Shown here: one piece after another, positions 49,950 through 59,819 of the stretch
How positions within the stretch are numbered: the first letter of the stretch is position 1
Layout: each line of letters begins with the position of its first letter
DNA from: Minutocellus sp. GHC0000111
Lineage: Eukaryota
Direction of reading: 5' to 3'
Assembly (NCBI GenBank): GCA_977018835.1
Contig: OZ361256.1
Coordinates: forward strand, 3,410,001-3,474,000
Length of the DNA stretch: 64,000 nt
Notes under the pieces: model-generated
Seen by the model: the letters and a program-made list of their open reading frames with translations, nothing else
Database searches by the model: none
What the model was told of the DNA's origin: nothing
Made by a program: the position numbers and the translations under genes

Positions 49950-50340
49950 GCCTGCCTGTGTTATCACCAGAGCCAAACCTGCGGTTGAAATTAGGATTGA
50001 AACGACGATTAGGATGGAAACCATTGTGAGAATTCTGATGAGGAGAATTTCTTCTAGAAAATCGATTGTTGGGAAAAGAAGGACGTGAGATAAAATTTGG
50101 TTGGCGACGGAATGGTCGTCGTCGCCCTTGACGGTGATTGTTTCTTCGATTGGGATTCGGCGGTTGTCGGCGGCGATTTCCGGCGGTGTTGGAAATCCTG
50201 GTCGGCCTTCTAATCAGGTTGTCGGCGGTTTCAAATCTCTCGAACATATTTATCGTTTCGAGGAGATTGTGATCATCCGGGTCGAAGCCATGATCGAACA
50301 TGCGCCGAACATGGTGGTAAAGAATTCAGCGGCACCACCA
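49950..50340 (-). pseudogene. Gag-like remnant
   Basis: 'MFDHGFDPDDHNLLETINMFERFE' followed by an Arg/Asn-rich nucleocapsid-like stretch, abutting the integrase remnant. Confidence 0.55.
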
Positions 50341-51081
50341 ATGAGGCTTACTGAAGGTCTCTTTTCGAACTCTCTAGGTGAAGAAGGCCTTGGGTGATGA
50401 GCTGGGTTAAATCACCGGTTCCCCGCCATCCGGGCTTCTCGAGGGAGAAACGTGCCAGCTTCTCCCGTGAAACGGGCGAGCTCCTGGATCGAAATTTTCA
50501 TCTCTGCCGGGATGTCGTTACAATACAGGCTCTCAAACAACGGATGGCTCGGTAGCACCCTCATGCAACCGTCCTCACCGTCGCGGGTGTTACGGTCGAG
50601 GTTCTTCACGTGTCTCTCGTGATACTCGGCGGTGTGCTCCTGGACCCGCTCGGCCAGAGCGGCCCGGAAGCGCACATCCATCTGCGACACCGGCAGTTCA
50701 GAGAGTCTGCAAACCTCTTCTCTCCGCCGATACATGTCTTCCAGACTCCCGTGGAGGGACAGAAGTAGCGCGGGATTATGTTGCTCGCTCTTCTGATCCT
50801 TGGCCCTCAACTGACCAAGAATAACATCCACGACAGCCTTGGTGGCGGCATTGTCAAGAAGCTCACCGCATACGCATGCTGCTTGCCTCGCCTTCTCGAC
50901 GGCTTTCTCGGACATGCCGGCCACCTCCATTGCCCTCTGGGCCTTGTTTTCATTAATCTCGATGGGATTCATCACCGGACGAAATATTTTCGACTCAATT
51001 TCCATGTCGACAGTGGAAAAGATACGGTCGAAAGATAAATGCAAAACGATATCAATGAACAATTGATTTATATCGATATAG

Positions 51082-51876
51082 TGCAATATGCTGGACTATT
51101 GCCTGCGATAGACAATAAAGTTACTCAGCAATTGATGCCAAATTTGCTTACCTAAAAATTATCTTGGAATTTGCCTTCGCAAAAATCCAATTCTGAAAAT
51201 TACAAGCTAAAGCACCTCCTCTCTCTCTTCATGCAGGAGAAGCAAGGGAACACTTGCTTCGCCTGCTTGTTTTTCTCCGAATGAAATGCGAGTCAGAAGC
51301 GACTCAAAATGATCAAGAAAGATAAAAAATGAAGCGGCATTCAATGCCGTCTTTTGCTGCTGCTTTCGTTCCGCGGTGTTCCACACGTCTCAGCCAAGAT
51401 TCGGGGCTCCCGCGGAACTTCAATGAAGCACCCTGCGGAGAGAGGGACCAGACTGTGCTTTGTGGCCTGTTCAATTTTATCTCTGGGCAGATGGCCGGCA
51501 CAAAGCTGTCGATCAGCGCGTCAAGCGCTGCGCTAATTCGTCCCCTTTTGTGCGAGGCCACTTACAGCCTCAATCTCCACTTTCTGTCCTTCTTCCTTCC
51601 TGCATCGTGTCGCGCGCACAGAGTCATCGCGCTTAGAAACATCGGGGTGTCCCGGAACATGATGGTCCCGTCCCGGTCCATCAAGTCATCTCCTTGTGAC
51701 TGGATCGACTAACAGCACCTGCGTGTGAGAGATCGAGTGAGAAGAAGGAGAGAGAGAGAAATGCTAGCTCGAGCCAAGCAGGCGGGCTGCTGGCTCGGTG
51801 TGAGTTTAATGAGCTGGATCTCTTGATCCAGTAGAACTGTAGACCTAACTCAGTCTACCATTACCGATCTATTGCA
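51082..51876 (-). repeat. 5' LTR (795 bp) with a perfect 7-bp terminal inverted repeat TGCAATA/TATTGCA
   Basis: Read directly from the sequence. Confidence 0.95.
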
Positions 51877-52202
51877 GAAAGAGAAGATGCGATCTTTTTT
51901 TTGTTTGTGTCGACATCGAGAGAGGTGTGTGTTTGTGTGCGCGGCATGTTCTCTCACTCACATGCTTTCGCTGGATTGATTGCTATAGAAGTGCACGCAA
52001 GCTGATTAGTCCCGGCGGAATTGAACAAGTCCATCCGACCCAATCGTTCTGTTTGAGCACATGAATGCGTGTCTTTCTCTTTGTTTTCCGTGCATTGTTC
52101 ATTGGCACTTAGCAAGCACACAAGCAACCCAGCCGCCGCCACCGTGCATTGGACTCCTGCACCGCACACAGCCAGCCCACACAACACATTCATTCAAGCA
52201 CC

Positions 52203-54475
52203 ATGTCCTTCCCAACCTCGTCGTCCGCCGACGAGGAAGAGGGACTTGCCAACCCTTCCGTGCCGGCGGCACCCATTCTTACTCGAAGGGAGTCGGCCAT
52301 GAAGAGTCTTCGTCGAGCGTCGGCGAGGGCATCCATGCTCTTCGCACGGAATGGCCCCGAGCATGACTGGTTCATTCGGAAGCGTACCAAGCGGGGACGG
52401 TCCCAGGATCCCGACGCCCTCGAGGGGTATCAGCAGCTGCTGACCGATCGGAGGGTCTTTTCCATGTCGATACACGCCATACGCCTTGCGGTGTTCGCGG
52501 ATACGCTCAACAGCATGATCACATGGCCCAACTATGCCCTAATGGCACTGCCGGGCTCACACCCAGATTCCTTTCCCAGTACCGCACCATTTGACTTTTC
52601 TGCGGCGACGTACTTCATTCCACTGACTGGATTGTTGGGTATGGCAATAGCAGGTGTCTTTGCGGGGAAAATATCTGACAAGATTGGCAGAAAGCCCGTT
52701 GTGCTCTTTTGCTTAGCAGGTTCAATGTTTGGCGGCGCTCTCAAATGGTTCCTCCGCCATGGCTTTTGGCCTTTTTGTATCGCGAATCTTGTGAATGGAC
52801 TGCTTTCTGGTACTTTGCCCGTTGCGCTGGCATATTCATCCGACTTGTTCTCGTCCGAACGAGAAAAATCCAAGAACTTTACCGCCATTGTTGGGCTGTA
52901 CGTTGTGGGACAGAGCACTGGAGGCATATTTGCAATCTTGATGCAAAATCATGGGCTGTTTGCACCACTTTGGGCAGGTGTGGCAATTCTCGCTGTTGCG
53001 CTTCTATTCAACATACGTTATCTGATTGAGCCTGGCCGAATCAAGATCCCCGGGACAATTGGCGATGAAGAAAATTACAACGACGATTTGATAGCAGAGC
53101 GACCGGATAAGATCGACAGGAAGATAATGGCAAATATACTTATTGGTGCTTTCACAGACATTGCTGGATCCAAGGCTCTCTTCCCTTTGTGTATGACGCC
53201 ATTGGGCTTTCAGACCTACTACAATGATTTCGTCCAGGTCGACGAGGCGCCAATCATGTCATTGAGTTTGTACAAATGGCTAACGGTCTTGATCGGCTTG
53301 ATTGTAGTCCCATCATCCATCTTTGCCCCCAAGGTCTTCGCTAGATTTGGTTTGGCGGCTGGTAATGTCTTTGGTAATTTTTCAACCGGAGTCATCACTG
53401 TTGCGTTGCTTTTCATTAGCAACGTCGAACCGCCAACAAGAGGGACGTTTGCTGCGTTCGTTTGTACGTTGTACATTGGTTTCCCTTTCACTGTCCTTTC
53501 GCAGCTTGCGACATCCCCCATGTTAGATCGACTTTCTCCGGAAGATAAACGAGGGGTGGTCATGGGGAGCTTCACGACCGTCTTGAATTGTGCCAATGCG
53601 GTCGTACCTTGGCTCTTGGGCTTGGCAACTGATGCTCTTGGGACAACGAATGGTATATGGATTGGGGTCGGTCTTAGTGGGGCGGCGACCTTAATCAACC
53701 TTCCTCTCATATTCAGAAAGGAGTTCAAGCCAACGCCAAGGAAGAAGGAAAAGGTAGGATTCGATGACTTGGCATTGACGCCTGAGGAAGAAGAGAAATA
53801 TATCCAAAAGGCTTTGATGGGCGAATATATTCCTGCTCGTGTGATTCAAGTTATCAATATGAAACGCCTCGAAAGAGGAGAGAAGTACATTATTAATCAT
53901 GTCGGCACTTATGAAAAAGACAAAGATAGACTGAATGAGATTGTCCGAGACGGAAAGAAGGATATAAAAGTCATGGATCACAATGTTCGAAACATATTGA
54001 AAAGGGTCAACGACGGATCATTCGACAAGAAGCTCATTTACGCATTGAATAATCCATTCCCTGAAGAAATGCAAAACCTCCACCATGATATTGGCGAATG
54101 GTTTGGAGACTACATGAAAGACAATGGGTACATTGGCGCAAACCCCGTTCGAAATCTGAAGCTCATGATTATTCGATCGGTGCGTCATTATGCCGTGTGG
54201 TGATATATAAATACTCAACAGTGTCATTTTCATAAACATCCTTCCGGCCTTCTGCCTCACCTTTCCCCCACTTATTTTCTCTTTTTCCCATAACACCACA
54301 GTTTCCACCAATCAACACCTCCGGTGAAATCAACCCCGGAAACATTGAAGAATCACTGTTGAATCTTGATCGGGTGTACAATCGGTACCTTTATGAGGAA
54401 AGCCTTCACGAAGAGCGATCAGGGCTGCGCAATTTGTTCAGGCGACCGCCACGGCGTATGGCCCCAGTTGGATAA
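52203..54475 (+). CDS. Major facilitator superfamily transporter (exons 52203-54179, 54302-54475)
   Basis: About 12 hydrophobic segments; motif A 'GKISDKIGRKP'; 'PVALAYSSD'; 'SPEDKRGVVMG'; phase-0 intron. Confidence 0.9.
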
Positions 54476-54670
54476 TGAAGACACGTAGCTATGAAGCTTG
54501 CAGGTCACCATTGCCGGCAGCAACAAACACCCCATGGTAGCTAAGAATAGAACGAGTTTTTATGCTATTAACACCAATTTTACATACTAGTACAATAAAT
54601 TACATCAAAGGACTCCTGGGCACCAACCCTCCACAGTGCCCTTTTCTACCTAATACACATACCGTACTCA

Positions 54671-57600
54671 TTATGACGGGCTCGTTGCGCCCATGGCTCG
54701 TTTCATCGAAAAGAAAAGGTTGTCATTGGAGCTAACTCGCTTCGCTCGATTCTTACTCTCGATGCGCCGGCTGAACTCTCTCATCAACGTCGCGTGGACA
54801 TTCTTGTCGATAATTTGCCTCTCTTCCGCCCATTCTAGTAGACTGCCAACTTCCGTCTCAACTCCCCCGCCTTCGGGAGCAGCCCTGTGCAGCATGAGTG
54901 CAGGTTCCTTCTTTCGGTGAATACGGATTGTTCCACTGTTTTGCTTCCATGGCTCTCCATCGATCTGAACAGGAACCCGTTTCTTTAAACGTATCTCCAC
55001 CTCGCTGCACTGGCAGATGAGCTGAGCTCTGCTCAACCCCACTCTTACCTGACCCATGTGAAATATGGATTTTATCGAAACGACATCTAGCAAACCATCT
55101 TGACAGCTACTCGGTAGGTCACACGCAGTGACTTTCGCGAGTTTTTCTTCGTAGTCCAATTCTCCGGCGAAATCCTCTGAATCAAAATCATCAGATGGCG
55201 AAGATCGCTGCCTATCGAGCAGATCACCATCGCTATGCCTTCGACCGCGAATTCTTTGCGGACGCTCTCCATGAGACCACAGTGGAACACCACCGGCGTA
55301 AGAATCAATGTTCAGTAGGATGATGCCCTGTGAACCGGGAGGCACCGGCACTTCTACCCCGTCTGCGATGAGTATAATCTCATCCGGAAGTCCAGCACAG
55401 CTGGCTTTGATAGCGTCCTCGGCACCTGAGACCACGTACCAAGCTTTGTTTACGGCACGAGAGAAAAAGAGACCAGGGCGATTTTCTCGTAGCTGATGGA
55501 ATCCAAGTGCTGTTTGTGCGTCTACACCGACCCCCAAATAATTCATAAAGCTCTTTGTGTCCCGAGTTTTCCCCTTTTTACTTTCGATGGTAAGTTCCCA
55601 TCGATCTAGCAGGCTCACATAAGCCTCAGTTATTTGCTCGAGGATTGCAAGGATGGACTCGTTATTGTAGCCAGCCCCCCAGCCATGTATTCTTGCCAAG
55701 TCATTTCCCGTGCCCAAAGGAAGGATCGCAATCGGCGGCCATCGACGTTCGAGCTTCATATTTTCTAGTGCGGATATGATCCAACTGACAGTCCCATCAC
55801 CGCCACAAACAAGAATCCGAAGTCTTGACAGGACCATGAACGAGCGGAGTACCGTTGTGGGATCGCCGTCGGCGAGATCCCAAATCTGGATTGGATTTAG
55901 CAGACGACGAAGCTGCATTAGAATGAGCTGCCCTTGCTGAGGACCGGAACGGCTGTTGACAAATACTAGAAGCGGGGTCCACTGTGAGTCTGGCAAAAGG
56001 TCATCCCCAAGGATGTATCCATTTTTGTCTGGTACTGTGAGCGGGACATCTCGATTGAGTCGCTTAAGAGATGCATTGGATACAGGTGCGTCGAAGAAGG
56101 CCAGGTCGTGCTGTGAAGACGACGATTCCGCCAAAGCTGCTGGATGAGAATCCGAATCATCGCGACTTTTCAGAGGTATCTCCGATGACACAGAAGCATC
56201 GGAAGCGACGTTGGATAGTACCGGCGTTGATCTTGACTGGAGCAGGGGACGGGGAGAAAGGTCGGGCATGACCCGACTGGAATGTAGATGCAACGTCGCA
56301 TGATTGCTCAAATGGCTACCGCCTTCACTACCTGGCGCGGCTAGGACTAATTTGCTTTTACTTGTGGACTTTGAAGTTTGTCGCGTTGCTGGCTGATTCG
56401 TCTGTGCGCCAAAATTGCCATTTTGGGCTGCCAGGTCAGCACCTTGTACGGTCTCCAACCGTTCTACGGGCGTACGCGATGCCAAGTCATTAGGAGTGGA
56501 CCATGTCTCCGAGACACCATGGTGAGATATAATAGGTGTCAGCGTTGGTTCTCCCCCATCTCCTTGATCACGATTATCGGGCTCCAATCGCTCGGCATTC
56601 GTATTGTAAACCAGCCGATCGGCTGTCGATTCTTTCTTTTCTTCGTCGAGAATGTGGGCGTTTGGGTCGACAGAGTAAATTCGATCACGAATAGCAGGCA
56701 CCAATCCCGCTGCCATTTGCCGAAGCGAAGACGATGAATTCACAAGCTTCAGGATGCCGAGAGTGTCATTTTCTTCGCCACCCGTATGTCCTTCGTCTTC
56801 CTCATCCTCATCATCATCTTCTTCCTCCTCGTCATCAGACGTCGGTCGGCCAAGCACCTTATCTCTCTTGTAGCGAATGAAGTCCATCAGCCGCAAGTAG
56901 GCAGCAGTAAGGACTGCAGCGTAGTCGCATGTTGCAAGAAAGATCGCCTTATCTTTGGATTTGCGAAGGAGGACCACCAACAAGTGAAGGAACCAAAGCC
57001 ACCACGACATCGCCGCTGTTTCTTCGCCTTCCATGCCCTCCTCGTCAGCCAGAGTGGTGTGTCCAACGAATCGGCATTCTGGAGGCAAGACTAGTCGGCC
57101 ATATGCCGAGCTCTGGATCCGGGGCCAGGCACGCGTAAAGCGATCGTGATCGGTCTCTTCCTCTTGTTCGGGCTGCGTCGATTCCGGCAAGAACAAACCC
57201 GTGCACAAGGATGCGGCCATAGTGGTTGCATTCGTGGGAGATCGTCGAGGCGGAGATGCCATGGAATACGCATGCCGCAATCTTGGACTACCGGGCCTGC
57301 TGGTATTGTGACGACATGGCGAAGGAGACTCCATCTCGTTACGCTCATAAATGGGTGAGGGCATAGCGGCTGCAGCGGCAGCATGTCGATTTCTTCGTCG
57401 GGTAGAAATATCTGGCGTCGCTGGAAGCTGTATGTTCCTCGATGCTGCGCCGGTGGCTGATGGTGTTCGAGTGTCATTAGATGTACGAGTGTGAGCAGCA
57501 TCCGTGCTGGAAGTGGTGGCGACCGTCGTTCGTGTCAAGTGCACTGTCCCCCCTGCACCGACACTGCTATTAGATCCGTCACCACTTGCTTCTCCCACTA

Positions 57601-58189
57601 CTCCGTTCTGTGTGCCCCCAGAAGTTTCGCCAGAGGAATCTTTCCCGGCTTCGGCTTCTAACCGCTTCTCTTCGGATAGGTAGGACCAGGTTGGCCGTCG
57701 AAGCTTCCCACCCAAGAAGCTCGATTTGCCAGCACCGCGCGCATCAGCAGAGTCCACCTTGCCACTGCTACAACCACCTACAAGGCCACCGATGCTCCCC
57801 TTACGCCTGCCGCCCTTCTTTGTTCGCTTCTTCGGAGCCGCTTCGATGTAGAATCCATCCTCGCTCTCATCGATGGCCCGTCCCGACACCTTGGCGTACA
57901 GTTTCCGCAGTCGTTTTCGTATCCGCTTGAAAACCCACCGCGGTGGTCCCAGTATTTTCAACACCTTCCGCCGTGCCTCCGGCGTGGTTAGGATGGCATA
58001 CGATACCACCAGTACGAGCAGGGTGATGACGGACCGTTGCAGATTGGACCGCGTCAAGTGAGGCGACAGTCTGCCGTGCAGTCGAGAAAGAAACGTGATC
58101 GGTGCCTTGGGCGGTTCCGGCAGGAGAAGCTGGTGCATCTTTTGGTACATGGCGGATGCGATTCCATCATGCTCACCGCTGCCGCTCAT
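54671..58189 (-). CDS. DGK: Diacylglycerol kinase with a long membrane-associated N-terminal extension
   Basis: PLLVFVNSRSG, CGGDGTV, LPLGTGNDLAR, NYLGVGVDA, LNIDSYAGG, VQIDGEPW. Confidence 0.95.
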   Translation of the reverse strand: MSGSGEHDGIASAMYQKMHQLLLPEPPKAPITFLSRLHGRLSPHLTRSNLQRSVITLLVLVVSYAILTTPEARRKVLKILGPPRWVFKRIRKRLRKLYAKVSGRAIDESEDGFYIEAAPKKRTKKGGRRKGSIGGLVGGCSSGKVDSADARGAGKSSFLGGKLRRPTWSYLSEEKRLEAEAGKDSSGETSGGTQNGVVGEASGDGSNSSVGAGGTVHLTRTTVATTSSTDAAHTRTSNDTRTPSATGAASRNIQLPATPDISTRRRNRHAAAAAAMPSPIYERNEMESPSPCRHNTSRPGSPRLRHAYSMASPPRRSPTNATTMAASLCTGLFLPESTQPEQEEETDHDRFTRAWPRIQSSAYGRLVLPPECRFVGHTTLADEEGMEGEETAAMSWWLWFLHLLVVLLRKSKDKAIFLATCDYAAVLTAAYLRLMDFIRYKRDKVLGRPTSDDEEEEDDDEDEEDEGHTGGEENDTLGILKLVNSSSSLRQMAAGLVPAIRDRIYSVDPNAHILDEEKKESTADRLVYNTNAERLEPDNRDQGDGGEPTLTPIISHHGVSETWSTPNDLASRTPVERLETVQGADLAAQNGNFGAQTNQPATRQTSKSTSKSKLVLAAPGSEGGSHLSNHATLHLHSSRVMPDLSPRPLLQSRSTPVLSNVASDASVSSEIPLKSRDDSDSHPAALAESSSSQHDLAFFDAPVSNASLKRLNRDVPLTVPDKNGYILGDDLLPDSQWTPLLVFVNSRSGPQQGQLILMQLRRLLNPIQIWDLADGDPTTVLRSFMVLSRLRILVCGGDGTVSWIISALENMKLERRWPPIAILPLGTGNDLARIHGWGAGYNNESILAILEQITEAYVSLLDRWELTIESKKGKTRDTKSFMNYLGVGVDAQTALGFHQLRENRPGLFFSRAVNKAWYVVSGAEDAIKASCAGLPDEIILIADGVEVPVPPGSQGIILLNIDSYAGGVPLWSHGERPQRIRGRRHSDGDLLDRQRSSPSDDFDSEDFAGELDYEEKLAKVTACDLPSSCQDGLLDVVSIKSIFHMGQVRVGLSRAQLICQCSEVEIRLKKRVPVQIDGEPWKQNSGTIRIHRKKEPALMLHRAAPEGGGVETEVGSLLEWAEERQIIDKNVHATLMREFSRRIESKNRAKRVSSNDNLFFSMKRAMGATSPS

Positions 58190-58529
58190 GGCTGAGCTTG
58201 GTTGAGTTGGGTTTCTTTCCTTGGTATCCTTCCTCGGTCCTGAAAATAAGGAATACTTTCTCGCTTCAACGTGTCACGTAACGTGTCACGTAACGCCCAG
58301 CCCAAGCCCAGCGCTCCGTTGTAGGCCTATGTGGTATCTCTCAGCGCGCCACCCAGCGCCGAGTTCCAACTCGCCCGCTAGCTCAGGTTAGCACAGGAGG
58401 ATTATAAAACCTTGGGGAATAATTGCAGTGCGCCAATCAACGAGACAAGCAGCGCCGGGAAGCAAAGAGGATGCCCGGCATGGTTGACCGTTGAGGTTGT
58501 GTTCTTTTGATCAGCAGCTCGGAGGCGCC

Positions 58530-58710
58530 GCGCGTACCTAGGCCTAGGTACCTAGGCCTAGGTACATGTACACGTACCTAGGTAGGCCTACGTATGACGA
58601 GTGGTGCTCCCGCGTCGGGGTGGTTTTGGTGAGGAAATGTGCGCGGCACCAGGGGGGACCATCTGGTGCTTGTCGTGCGTACCTAGGTACATGTACCTAG
58701 GTACATGTAT
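58530..58710. repeat. Cluster of palindromic TACCTAGGTA / GTAC / CCTAGG motifs with 14-bp tandem duplications
   Basis: 'tacctaggcctagg' x2 at ~58536 and 'gtacctaggtacat' x2 at ~58679. Confidence 0.8.
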
Positions 58711-59819
58711 TCTGCGAGTTGTTATCGCTCTTGGGTTGGGTTCTTGCGTTTATCATGTTGTTGGTGCAGATGTCCCGGGCGGCCTCTAATGTGATGATCG
58801 CAGTGATTTATCTTTGTTGTTAGTTAGTTGCTATTAGCTTTGGTGTGTTTGTGTGCCATCCTTTATGCGTAGGTCGAGCATCTCCAGTCAGGGCTCATCC
58901 TCTTCAACGGGGGCGAGCATCGTGTTGATGTCCACTATACTTGGTCCTGGTAGTGACGGCGCTGCTGAGAATGACGCTTGGTCTGGCGTGGTTATGTCCC
59001 TTCTCGGTCATTCTTGTACAGTCCGATTTTTTCGTTGGGTGGAGAGCACTTATGTTCCTCAGTATTTATCATCAGCGTATTCCGGTCTCAGGAGCAGTCA
59101 ATTGGAAGCCGATGGCACGATGAGGAGTATGATGTCCATGTCTTCTTTGTCGGCTGCTTGTAGGGATTTATTCTACATTCGCCAGCTTCTTTGTGAAATA
59201 TTTGTTCTTTTCTTTCGCGTTTCCGAGCGTGGCAGGGTCGTCGAGCGGTATGCTGATGACATCCAGTGGGGCATGGTGTCAGCTCTTGTGTCCTCGTCGA
59301 GATATCATCGGTACTTGTTTGATCCACCGCCTCATGGAGTACGTTGGTAGTCTTCACTTTCGTAGTGATCCATTCGGATCTCGAGTTTTACTGCGAGGAA
59401 GCACATTCTTGCATTTTATCTGTCGCCAGAATCATGAGTATCTTCCTCGTGTAATATCAGAATATCACCGTTTTAATGTTCAATTTGGTGGTGATATTCA
59501 CGCTCGGCAGAGGCATCACAAGTATGGTTCTCCTGCTCATCATTTTCGTAGATTCCATGATATTCACACTCATGGGAATCACAGCGACATGTTTGCATCT
59601 GGATCATCGACCTTCGAACTGTTGCGGGAATTATTCAGGGGCGGTGAGGCTTTTAATAGGTCTATATATGACGGGGATGATTATGGTCAGGTTTAGCATG
59701 CTGCATAAGTGAGTGTGGTCTTCATCTCTCCGTTTTATGTGCACGTGCTATGTTCATCTTAGGGTGGTATTTTATTGGGCACGTGCTCATATATATATAA
59801 TTATTTCTCTAATATGTAA

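Larger units (their letters stand above)
47911..51876 (-). mobile_element. Internally deleted Ty3/gypsy LTR retrotransposon (non-autonomous)
   Basis: Direct repeats 47911-48744 and 51082-51876, both TG...CA; 5-bp TSD GAAAG (47906-47910, 51877-51881); PPT-like GAGGAGGCGAG next to the left LTR on the minus strand; gag-like and integrase C-terminal remnants. Confidence 0.93.

Noticed and set aside
58853..59696. Overlapping plus-strand ORFs, one His-rich
   Set aside because: Non-ATG starts, no recognisable domain and no consistent splice model; left uncalled.
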